Part shown: positions 15,001 to 27,000 of the stretch, one piece after another | How positions within the stretch are numbered: position 1 is the first letter of the stretch | How the letters are laid out: every line of letters starts with the position of its first letter | Source: Macrostomum lignano | Lineage: Eukaryota | Direction of reading: 5' to 3' | DNA length: 64,000 bases | Assembly: GCA_002269645.1 (NCBI GenBank) | Contig: NIVC01003729.1 | Coordinates: forward strand, 1-64,000 | Program-made: the position numbers and the translations under genes | The notes under the pieces: generated by a model | The model's input: the letters and a program-made list of their open reading frames with translations, nothing else | Told to the model about the DNA's origin: nothing | The model's database searches: none

Positions 15001-18000
15001 GGTGTCTGTAGAGTGTTTAACTGCAGTGTCTGTAGAGTGTTTAACTGCAGGTGTCTGTAGAGTGCTTAACTGCAGGTGTCTGTAGAGTGCTTAACTGCAG
15101 GTGTCTGTAGAGTGTTAACTGCAGGTGTCTGTAGAGTGTTTAACTGCAGGTGTCTGTAGAGTGCTTAACTGCAGGTGTCTGTAGAGTGCTTAACTGCAGG
15201 TGTCTGTAGAGTGCTTAACTGCAGGTGTCTGTAGAGTGTTAACTGCAGGTGTCTGTAGAGTGCTTAACTGCAGGTGTCTGTAGAGTGCTTAACTGCAGGT
15301 GTCTGTAGAGTGCTTAACTGCAGGTGTCTGTAGAGTGCTTAACTGCAGGTGTCTGTAGAGTTTAACTGCAGGTGTCTGTAGAGTGTTAACTGCAGGTGTC
15401 TGTAGAGTGCTTAACTGCAGGTGTCTGTAGAGTGCTTAACTGCAGGTGTCTGTAGAGTGCTTAACTGCAGGTGTCTGTAGAGTGCTTAACTGCAGGTGTC
15501 TGTAGAGTGCTTAACTGCAGGTGTCTGTAGAGTGCTTAACTGCAGGTGTCTGTAGAGTGTTTAACTGCAGGTGTCTGTAGAGTGTTTAACTGCAGGTGTC
15601 TGTAGAGTGCTTAACTGCAGGTGTCTGTAGAGTGCTTAACTGCAGGTGTCTGTAGAGTGTTTAACTGCAGGTGTCTGTAGAGTGCTTAACTACAGGTGTC
15701 TGTAGAGTGCTTAACTGCCTGTCAGAGTGCTTATCTACAGAGTCCGTAGAGTGCTTAACTGCAGGTGTCTGTAGAGTGCTTAACTGCAGGTGTCTGTAGA
15801 GTGTTTAACTGCAGGTGTCTGTAGAGTGCTTAACTGCAGGTGTCTGTAGAGTGTTTAACTGCCTGTCAGAGTGCTTATCTACAGAGTCCGTAGAGTGCTT
15901 AACTGCAGGTGTCTGTAGAGTGTTTAACTGCAGGTGTCTGTAGAGTGTTTAACTACAGGTGTCTGTAGAGTGCTTAACTGCAGGTGTCTGTAGAGTGCTT
16001 AACTGCAGGTGTCTGTAGAGTGTTTAACTGCAGGTGTCTGTAGAGTGCTTAACTACAGGTGTCTGTAGAGTGCTTAACTGCAGGTGTCTGTAGAGTGTTT
16101 AACTGCAGGTGTCTGTAGAGTGCTTAACTAGGTGTCTGTAGAGTGCTTAACTGCAGGTGTCTGTAGAGTGTTTAACTGCAGGTGTCTGTAGAGTGCTTAA
16201 CTGCAGGTGTCTGTAGAGTGCTTAACTGCAGGTGTCTGTAGAGTTTAACTGCAGGTGTCTGTAGAGTGCTTAACTGCAGGTGTCTGTAGAGTGCTTAACT
16301 GCAGTGTCTGTAGAGTGCTTAACTGCAAGTGTCTGTAGAGTGTTTAACTGCAGTGTCTGTAGAGTGTTTAACTGCCTGTCAGAGTGCTTATCTACAAAGA
16401 GTCCGTAGAGTGCCAGCTTAACTGCAGGTGTCTGTAGAGTGTTTAACTGCAGGTGTCTGTAGAGTGTTTAACTGCAGGTGTCTGTAGAGTGCTTAACTGC
16501 AGGTGTCTGTAGAGTGTTTAACTGCCTGTCAGAGTGCTTATCTACAAAGAGTCCGTAGAGTGCTTAACTGCAGGTGTCTGTAGAGTGTTTAACTGCAGTG
16601 TCTGTAGAGTGCTTAACTACAGGTGTCTGTAGAGTGCTTAACTGCAGGTGTCTGTAGAGTGTTTAACTGCAGGTGTCTGTAGAGTGCTTAACTACAGGTG
16701 TCTGTAGAGTGCTTAACTGCAGGTGTCTGTAGAGTGTTTAACTGCAGGTGTCTGTAGAGTGCTTAACTGCAGGTGTCTGTAGAGTGCTTAACTGCAGGTG
16801 TCTGTAGAGTTTAACTGCAGGTGTCTGTAGAGTGCTTAACTGCAGGTGTCTGTAGAGTGCTTAACTGCAGTGTCTGTAGAGTGCTTAACTGCAGTGTCTG
16901 TAGAGTGTTTAACTGCAGTGTCTGTAGAGTGTTTAACTGCCTGTCAGAGTGCTTATCTACAAAGAGTCCGTAGAGTGCCAGCTTAACTGCAGGTGTCTGT
17001 AGAGTGTTTAACTGCAGGTGTCTGTAGAGTGTTAACTGCAGGTGTCTGTAGAGTGCTTAACTGCAGGTGTCTGTAGAGTGTTTAACTGCCTGTCAGAGTG
17101 CTTATCTAAAAGAGTCTAGAGTGCTTAACTGCAGGTGTCTGTAGAGTGTTTAACTGCAGGTGTCTGTAGAGTGCTTAACTACAGGTGTCTGTAGAGTGCT
17201 TAACTGCAGGTGTCTGTAGAGTGTTTAACTGCAGGTGTCTGTAGAGTGTTTAACTGCAGGTGTCTGTAGAGTGCTTAACTGCAGGTGTCTGTAGAGTGCT
17301 TAACTGCAGGTGTCTGTAGAGTGCTTAACTGCAGGTGTCTGTAGAGTGCTTAACTGCAGGTGTCTGTAGAGTGCTTAACTGCAGGTGTCTGTAGAGTGCT
17401 TAACTGCAGGTGTCTGTAGAGTGTTAACTGCAGGTGTCTGTAGAGTGTTAACTGCAGGTGTCTGTAGAGTGCTTAACTGCAGGTGTCTGTAGAGTGCTTA
17501 ACTGCAGGTGTCTGTAGAGTGTTTAACTGCAGGTGTCTGTAGAGTGCTTAACTACAGGTGTCTGTAGAGTGCTTAACTGCCTGTCAGAGTGCTTATCTAC
17601 AGAGTCCGTAGAGTGCTTAACTGCAGGTGTCTGTAGAGTGCTTAACTGCAGGTGTCTGTAGAGTTTAACTGCAGGTGTCTGTAGAGTGCTTAACTGCAGG
17701 TGTCTGTAGAGTTTAACTGCAGGTGTCTGTAGAGTGCTTAACTGCAGGTGTCTGTAGAGTGTTAACTGCAGGTGTCTGTAGAGTGCTTAACTGCAGGTGT
17801 CTGTAGAGTGCTTAACTGCCTGTCAGAGTGCTTATCTACAGAGTCCGTAGAGTGCTTAACTGCAGGTGTCTGTAGAGTGTTTAACTGCAGGTGTCTGTAG
17901 AGTGCTTAACTGCAGGTGTCTGTAGAGTGCTTAACTGCAGGTGTCTGTAGAGTTTAACTGCAGGTGTCTGTAGAGTGCTTAACTGCAGGTGTCTGTAGAG

Positions 18001-21000
18001 TGCTTAACTGCAGTGTCTGTAGAGTGCTTAACTGCAGGTGTCTGTAGAGTGCTTAACTGCAGGTGTCTGTAGAGTGCTTAACTGCAGGTGTCTGTAGAGT
18101 GCTTAACTGCAGGTGTCTGTAGAGTGTTAACTGCAGGTGTCTGTAGAGTGTTTAACTGCAGGTGTCTGTAGAGTGCTTAACTGCAGGTGTCTGTAGAGTG
18201 TTAACTGCAGGTGTCTGTAGAGTGTTTAACTGCAGGTGTCTGTAGAGTGTTTAACTGCAGGTGTCTGTAGAGTGCTTAACTGCAGGTGTCTGTAGAGTGC
18301 TTAACTGCAGGTGTCTGTAGAGTTTAACTGCAGGTGTCTGTAGAGTGCTTAACTGCAGGTGTCTGTAGAGTGCTTAACTGCAGTGTCTGTAGAGTGCTTA
18401 ACTGCAGTGTCTGTAGAGTGTTTAACTGCAGTGTCTGTAGAGTGTTTAACTGCAGGTGTCTGTAGAGTGTTTAACTGCAGGTGTCTGTAGAGTGCTTAAC
18501 TGCAGGTGTCTGTAGAGTGTTTAACTGCAGTGTCTGTAGAGTGTTAACTACAGGTGTCTGTAGAGTGCTTAACTGCAGGTGTCTGTAGAGTGCTTAACTG
18601 CAGGTGTCTGTAGAGTGCTTAACTGCAGGTGTCTGTAGAGTGTTTAACTGCAGGTGTCTGTAGAGTGCTTAACTGCAGGTGTCTGTAGAGTGCTTAACTG
18701 CAGGTGTCTGTAGAGTGCTTAACTGCAGGTGTCTGTAGAGTGCTTAACTGCAGGTGTCTGTAGAGTGCTTAACTGCAGGTGTCTGTAGAGTGTTTAACTG
18801 CAGGTGTCTGTAGAGTGCTTAACTGCAGGTGTCTGTAGAGTGCTTAACTGCAGGTGTCTGTAGAGTGCTTAACTGCAGTGTCTGTAGAGTGTTTAACTGC
18901 AGTGTCTGTAGAGTGTTTAACTGCAGGTGTCTGTAGAGTGCTTAACTGCAGGTGTCTGTAGAGTGCTTAACTGCAGGTGTCTGTAGAGTGTTTAACTGCA
19001 GTGTCTGTAGAGTGTTTAACTGCAGGTGTCTGTAGAGTGCTTAACTGCAGGTGTCTGTAGAGTGCTTAACTGCAGGTGTCTGTAGAGTGCTTAACTGCAG
19101 GTGTCTGTAGAGTGTTTAACTGCAGGTGTCTGTAGAGTGCTTAACTGCAGGTGTCTGTAGAGTGCTTAACTGCAGGTGTCTGTAGAGTGCTTAACTGCAG
19201 GTGTCTGTAGAGTGCTTAACTGCAGGTGTCTGTAGAGTGCTTAACTGCAGGTGTCTGTAGAGTGTTTAACTGCAGGTGTCTGTAGAGTGCTTAACTGCAG
19301 GTGTCTGTAGAGTGCTTAACTGCAGGTGTCTGTAGAGTGCTTAACTACAGGTGTCTGTAGAGTGCTTAACTGCAGGTGTCTGTAGAGTGCTTAACTGCAG
19401 GTGTCTGTAGAGTGCTTAACTGCAGGTGTCTGTAGAGTGTTTAACTGCAGGTGTCTGTAGAGTGTTTAACTGCAGGTGTCTGTAGAGTGCTTAACTACAG
19501 GTGTCTGTAGAGTGCTTAACTGCAGGTGTCTGTAGAGTGTTTAACTGCAGGTGTCTGTAGAGTGCTTAACTACAGGTGTCTGTAGAGTGCTTAACTGCTG
19601 TCAGAGTGCTTATCTACAGAGTCCGTAGAGTGCTTAACTGCAGGTGTCTGTAGAGTGCTTAACTGCAGGTGTCTGTAGAGTGTTAACTGCAGGTGTCTGT
19701 AGAGTGCTTAACTGCAGGTGTCTGTAGAGTGTTTAACTGCCTGTCAGAGTGCTTATCTACAGAGTCCGTAGAGTGCTTAACTGCAGGTGTCTGTAGAGTG
19801 TTTAACTGCAGGTGTCTGTAGAGTGTTTAACTACAGGTGTCTGTAGAGTGCTTAACTGCAGGTGTCTGTAGAGTGCTTAACTGCAGGTGTCTGTAGAGTG
19901 TTTAACTGCAGGTGTCTGTAGAGTGCTTAACTACAGGTGTCTGTAGAGTGCTTAACTGCAGGTGTCTGTAGAGTGTTTAACTGCAGGTGTCTGTAGAGTG
20001 CTTAACTAGGTGTCTGTAGAGTGCTTAACTGCAGGTGTCTGTAGAGTGTTTAACTGCAGGTGTCTGTAGAGTGCTTAACTGCAGGTGTCTGTAGAGTGCT
20101 TAACTGCAGGTGTCTGTAGAGTTTAACTGCAGGTGTCTGTAGAGTGCTTAACTGCAGGTGTCTGTAGAGTGCTTAACTGCAGTGTCTGTAGAGTGCTTAA
20201 CTGCAGTGTCTGTAGAGTGTTAACTGCAGTGTCTGTAGAGTGTTTAACTGCCTGTCAGAGTGCTTATCTACAAAGAGTCCGTAGAGTGCCAGCTTAACTG
20301 CAGGTGTCTGTAGAGTGTTTAACTGCAGGTGTCTGTAGAGTGTTAACTGCAGGTGTCTGTAGAGTGCTTAACTGCAGGTGTCTGTAGAGTGTTTAACTGC
20401 CTGTCAGAGTGCTTATCTACAAGAGTCCGTAGAGTGCTTAACTGCAGGTGTCTGTAGAGTGTTTAACTGCAGGTGTCTGTAGAGTGCTTAACTACAGGTG
20501 TCTGTAGAGTGCTTAACTGCAGGTGTCTGTAGAGTGTTTAACTGCAGGTGTCTGTAGAGTGCTTAACTACAGGTGTCTGTAGAGTGCTTAACTGCAGGTG
20601 TCTGTAGAGTGTTTAACTGCAGGTGTCTGTAGAGTGCTTAACTGCAGGTGTCTGTAGAGTGCTTAACTGCAGGTGTCTGTAGAGTTTAACTGCAGGTGTC
20701 TGTAGAGTGCTTAACTGCAGGTGTCTGTAGAGTGCTTAACTGCAGGTGTCTGTAGAGTGCTTAACTGCAGGTGTCTGTAGAGTGTTTAACTGCAGTGTCT
20801 GTAGAGTGTTTAACTGCTGTCAGAGTGCTTATCTACAGAGTCTGTAGAGTGCTTAACTGCAGGTGTCTGTAGAGTGTTTAACTGCAGGTGTCTGTAGAGT
20901 GTTAACTGCAGGTGTCTGTAGAGTGCTTAACTGCAGGTGTCTGTAGAGTGTTTAACTGCCTGTCAGAGTGCTTATCTAAAGAGTCCTAGAGTGCTTAACT

Positions 21001-24000
21001 GCAGGTGTCTGTAGAGTGTTTAACTGCAGGTGTCTGTAGAGTGCTTAACTACAGGTGTCTGTAGAGTGCTTAACTGCAGTGTCTGTAGAGTGTTTAACTG
21101 CAGGTGTCTGTAGAGTGCTTAACTGCAGGTGTCTGTAGAGTGCTTAACTGCAGGTGTCTGTAGAGTGCTTAACTGCAGGTGTCTGTAGAGTTTAACTGCA
21201 GGTGTCTGTAGAGTGCTTAACTGCAGGTGTCTGTAGAGTGCTTAACTGCAGTGTCTGTAGAGTGCTTAACTGCAGGTGTCTGTAGAGTGCTTAACTGCAG
21301 GTGTCTGTAGAGTGTTTAACTGCAGGTGTCTGTAGAGTGCTTAACTGCAGGTGTCTGTAGAGTGCTTAACTGCTGTCAGAGTGCTTATCTACAGAGTCCG
21401 TAGAGTGCTTAACTGCAGGTGTCTGTAGAGTGCTTAACTGCAGGTGTCTGTAGAGTTTAACTGCAGGTGTCTGTAGAGTGCTTAACTGCAGGTGTCTGTA
21501 GAGTTTAACTGCAGGTGTCTGTAGAGTGCTTAACTGCAGGTGTCTGTAGAGTGCTTAACTGCAGTGTCTGTAGAGTGCTTAACTACAGGTGTCTGTAGAG
21601 TGCTTAACTGCCTGTCAGAGTGCTTATCTACAAAGAGTCGTAGAGTGCTTAACTGCAGGTGTCTGTAGAGTGTTTAACTGCAGGTGTCTGTAGAGTGCTT
21701 AACTGCAGGTGTCTGTAGAGTGCTTAACTGCAGGTGTCTGTAGAGTTTAACTGCAGGTGTCTGTAGAGTGCTTAACTGCAGGTGTCTGTAGAGTGCTTAA
21801 CTGCAGTGTCTGTAGAGTGCTTAACTGCAGGTGTCTGTAGAGTGCTTAACTGCAGTGTCTGTAGAGTGCTTAACTGCAGGTGTCTGTAGAGTGCTTAACT
21901 GCAGGTGTCTGTAGAGTGTTTAACTGCAGGTGTCTGTAGAGTGCTTAACTGCAGGTGTCTGTAGAGTGCTTAACTGCAGGTGTCTGTAGAGTGTTAACTG
22001 CAGTGTCTGTAGAGTGTTTAACTGCAGTGTCTGTAGAGTGTTAACTGCAGTGTCTGTAGAGTGCTTAACTGCAGTGTCTGTAGAGTGTTTAACTGCAGGT
22101 GTCTGTAGAGTGCTTAACTGCAGGTGTCTGTAGAGTGTTAACTGCAGTGTCTGTAGAGTGTTAACTGCAGGTGTCTGTAGAGTGTTTAACTGCAGGTGTC
22201 TGTAGAGTGCTTAACTGCAGGTGTCTGTAGAGTGCTTAACTGCAGGTGTCTGTAGAGTGTTTAACTGCAGGTGTCTGTAGAGTGCTTAACTGCAGGTGTC
22301 TGTAGAGTGTTTAACTGCCTGTCAGAGTGCTTAACTGCAGGTGTCTGTAGAGTGCTTAACTGCAGGTGTCTGTAGAGTGTTTAACTGCAGGTGTCTGTAG
22401 AGTGCTTAACTGCAGGTGTCTGTAGAGTGCTTAACTGCAGTGTCTGTAGAGTGCTTAACTGCAGTGTCTGTAGAGTGTTTAACTGCAGGTGTCTGTAGAG
22501 TGTTTAACTGCAGGTGTCTGTAGAGTGCTTAACTGCAGGTGTCTGTAGAGTGTTAACTGCAGGTGTCTGTAGAGTGTTTAACTGCAGGTGTCTGTAGAGT
22601 GTTAACTGCAGGTGTCTGTAGAGTGCTTAACTGCAGGTGTCTGTAGAGTGCTTAACTGCAGGTGTCTGTAGAGTGTTTAACTGCAGGTGTCTGTAGAGTG
22701 CTTAACTGCAGGTGTCTGTAGAGTGCTTAACTGCAGGTGTCTGTAGAGTGCTTAACTGCAGGTGTCTGTAGAGTGCTTAACTGCAGGTGTCTGTAGAGTG
22801 CTTAACTGCAGGTGTCTGTAGAGTGTTTAACTGCAGGTGTCTGTAGAGTGCTTAACTGCAGGTGTCTGTAGAGTGCTTAACTGCAGGTGTCTGTAGAGTG
22901 TTAACTGCAGGTGTCTGTAGAGTGTTTAACTGCAGGTGTCTGTAGAGTGCTTAACTGCAGGTGTCTGTAGAGTGCTTAACTGCAGGTGTCTGTAGAGTGC
23001 TTAACTGCAGGTGTCTGTAGAGTGTTAACTGCAGGTGTCTGTAGAGTGCTTAACTGCAGGTGTCTGTAGAGTGCTTAACTGCAGGTGTCTGTAGAGTGCT
23101 TAACTGCAGGTGTCTGTAGAGTGCTTAACTGCAGGTGTCTGTAGAGTGCTTAACTGCAGGTGTCTGTAGAGTGCTTAACTGCAGGTGTCTGTAGAGTGCT
23201 TAACTGCAGGTGTCTGTAGAGTGCTTAACTGCAGGTGTCTGTAGAGTGCTTAACTGCAGGTGTCTGTAGAGTGCTTAACTGCAGGTGTCTGTAGAGTGCT
23301 TAACTGCAGGTGTCTGTAGAGTGCTTAACTGCAGGTGTCTGTAGAGTGCTTAACTGCAGGTGTCTGTAGAGTGTTTAACTGCAGGTGTCTGTAGAGTGCT
23401 TAACTGCAGGTGTCTGTAGAGTGCTTAACTGCAGGTGTCTGTAGAGTGCTTAACTGCAGGTGTCTGTAGAGTGTTAACTGCAGGTGTCTGTAGAGTGCTT
23501 AACTGCAGGTGTCTGTAGAGTGCTTAACTGCTGTCAGAGTGCTTAACTGCAGGTGTCTGTAGAGTGCTTAACTGCAGGTGTCTGTAGAGTGTTAACTGCA
23601 GGTGTCTGTAGAGTGCTTAACTGCAGGTGTCTGTAGAGTGCTTAACTGCAGGTGTCTGTAGAGTGTTTAACTGCTGTAGAGTGCTTAACTACAGGTGTCT
23701 GTAGAGTGCTTAACTGCAGGTGTCTGTAGAGTGTTAACTGCAGGTGTCTGTAGAGTGCTTAACTACAGGTGTCTGTAGAGTGCTTAACTGCAGGTGTCTG
23801 TAGAGTGTTTAACTGCAGGTGTCTGTAGAGTGTTTAACTGCAGGTGTCTGTAGAGTGCTTAACTACAGGTGTCTGTAGAGTGCTTAACTGCAGGTGTCTG
23901 TAGAGTGTTTAACTGCAGGTGTCTGTAGAGTGTTTAACTGCAAGTGTCTGTAGAGTGCTTAACTGCAAGTGTCTGTAGAGTGTTTAACTGCAGTGTCTGT

Positions 24001-27000
24001 AGAGTGTTTAACTGCCTGTCAGAGTGCTTATCTACAAAGAGTCCGTAGAGTGCCAGCTTAACTGCAGGTGTCTGTAGAGTGTTTAACTGCAGGTGTCTGT
24101 AGAGTGTTTAACTGCAGGTGTCTGTAGAGTGCTTAACTGCAGGTGTCTGTAGAGTGTTTAACTGCCTGTCAGAGTGCTTATCTACAAAGAGTCTAGAGTG
24201 CCAGCTTAACTGCAGGTGTCTGTAGAGTGTTTAACTGCAGGTGTCTGTAGAGTGCTTAACTACAGGTGTCTGTAGAGTGCTTAACTGCAGGTGTCTGTAG
24301 AGTGTTTAACTGCAGGTGTCTGTAAGTGCTTAACTACAGGTGTCTGTAGAGTGCTTAACTGCAGGTGTCTGTAGAGTGTTTAACTGCAGGTGTCTGTAGA
24401 GTGCTTAACTACAGGTGTCTGTAGAGTGCTTAACTGCAGGTGTCTGTAGAGTGTTTAACTGCCTGTCAGAGTGCTTATCTACAAAGAGTCCGTAGAGTGC
24501 CAGCTTAACTGCAGGTGTCTGTAGAGTGTTTAACTGCAGGTGTCTGTAGAGTGCTTAACTACAGGTGTCTGTAGAGTGCTTAACTGCAGGTGTCTGTAGA
24601 GTGTTTAACTGCAGGTGTCTGTAGAGTGCTTAACTACAGGTGTCTGTAGAGTGCTTAACTGCAGGTGTCTGTAGAGTGCTTAACTGCAGGTGTCTGTAGA
24701 GTGCTTAACTACAGGTGTCTGTAGAGTGCTTAACTGCAGGTGTCTGTAGAGTGTTTAACTGCAGGTGTCTGTAGAGTGTTTAACTGCAGGTGTCTGTAGA
24801 GTGCTTAACTACAGGTGTCTGTAGAGTGCTTAACTGCAGGTGTCTGTAGAGTGTTTAACTGCAGGTGTCTGTAGAGTGCTTAACTACAGGTGTCTGTAGA
24901 GTGCTTAACTGCCTGTCAGAGTGCTTATCTACAAAGAGTCCGTAGAGTGCTTAACTGCAGGTGTCTGTAGAGTGCTTAACTGCAGGTGTCTGTAGAGTTT
25001 AACTGCAGGTGTCTGTAGAGTGCTTAACTGCAGGTGTCTGTAGAGTTTAACTGCAGGTGTCTGTAGAGTGCTTAACTGCAGGTGTCTGTAGAGTGTTAAC
25101 TGCAGGTGTCTGTAGAGTGCTTAACTGCAGGTGTCTGTAGAGTGCTTAACTGCCTGTCAGAGTGCTTATCTACAAAGAGTCCGTAGAGTGCTTAACTGCA
25201 GGTGTCTGTAGAGTGTTTAACTGCAGGTGTCTGTAGAGTGCTTAACTGCAGGTGTCTGTAGAGTGCTTAACTGCAGGTGTCTGTAGAGTTTAACTGCAGG
25301 TGTCTGTAGAGTGCTTAACTGCAGGTGTCTGTAGAGTGCTTAACTGCAGGTGTCTGTAGAGTGCTTAACTGCAGGTGTCTGTAGAGTGCTTAACTGCAGT
25401 GTCTGTAGAGTGCTTAACTGCAGGTGTCTGTAGAGTGCTTAACTGCAGGTGTCTGTAGAGTGTTAACTGCAGGTGTCTGTAGAGTGTTTAACTGCAGGTG
25501 TCTGTAGAGTGCTTAACTGCAGGTGTCTGTAGAGTGTTTAACTGCATGTCTGTAGAGTGTTTAACTGCAGGTGTCTGTAGAGTGTTTAACTGCAGGTGTC
25601 TGTAGAGTGCTTAACTGCAGGTGTCTGTAGAGTGCTTAACTGCAGGTGTCTGTAGAGTGTTAACTGCAGGTGTCTGTAGAGTGCTTAACTGCAGGTGTCT
25701 GTAGAGTGCTTAACTGCAGGTGTCTGTAGAGTGCTTAACTGCAGTGTCTGTAGAGTGTTAACTGCAGTGTCTGTAGAGTGTTAACTGCAGGTGTCTGTAG
25801 AGTGTTTAACTGCAGGTGTCTGTAGAGTGCTTAACTGCAGGTGTCTGTAGAGTGTTTAACTGCAGTGTCTGTAGAGTGTTTAACTGCAGGTGTCTGTAGA
25901 GTGCTTAACTGCAGGTGTCTGTAGAGTGCTTAACTGCAGGTGTCTGTAGAGTGCTTAACTGCAGGTGTCTGTAGAGTGTTTAACTGCAGGTGTCTGTAGA
26001 GTGCTTAACTGCAGGTGTCTGTAGAGTGCTTAACTGCAGGTGTCTGTAGAGTGCTTAACTGCAGGTGTCTGTAGAGTGCTTAACTGCAGGTGTCTGTAGA
26101 GTGCTTAACTGCAGGTGTCTGTAGAGTGTTTAACTGCAGGTGTCTGTAGAGTGCTTAACTGCAGGTGTCTGTAGAGTGCTTAACTGCAGGTGTCTGTAGA
26201 GTGCTTAACTGCAGGTGTCTGTAGAGTGTTTAACTGCAGTGTCTGTAGAGTGTTTAACTGCAGGTGTCTGTAGAGTGCTTAACTGCAGGTGTCTGTAGAG
26301 TGCTTAACTGCAGGTGTCTGTAGAGTGTTTAACTGCAGTGTCTGTAGAGTGTTTAACTGCAGGTGTCTGTAGAGTGCTTAACTGCAGGTGTCTGTAGAGT
26401 GCTTAACTGCAGGTGTCTGTAGAGTGCTTAACTGCAGGTGTCTGTAGAGTGTTTAACTGCAGGTGTCTGTAGAGTGCTTAACTGCAGGTGTCTGTAGAGT
26501 GCTTAACTGCAGGTGTCTGTAGAGTGCTTAACTGCAGGTGTCTGTAGAGTGCTTAACTGCAGGTGTCTGTAGAGTGCTTAACTGCAGGTGTCTGTAGAGT
26601 GTTAACTGCAGGTGTCTGTAGAGTGCTTAACTGCAGGTGTCTGTAGAGTGCTTAACTGCAGGTGTCTGTAGAGTGCTTAACTGCAGGTGTCTGTAGAGTG
26701 CTTAACTGCAGGTGTCTGTAGAGTGCTTAACTGCAGGTGTCTGTAGAGTGCTTAACTGCAGGTGTCTGTAGAGTGTTAACTGCAGGTGTCTGTAGAGTGT
26801 TTAACTGCAGGTGTCTGTAGAGTGCTTAACTGCAGGTGTCTGTAGAGTGCTTAACTGCAGGTGTCTGTAGAGTGTTTAACTGCAGGTGTCTGTAGAGTGC
26901 TTAACTGCAGGTGTCTGTAGAGTGCTTAACTGCCTGTCAGAGTGCTTATCTACAAAGAGTCGTAGAGTGCTTAACTGCAGGTGTCTGTAGAGTGCTTAAC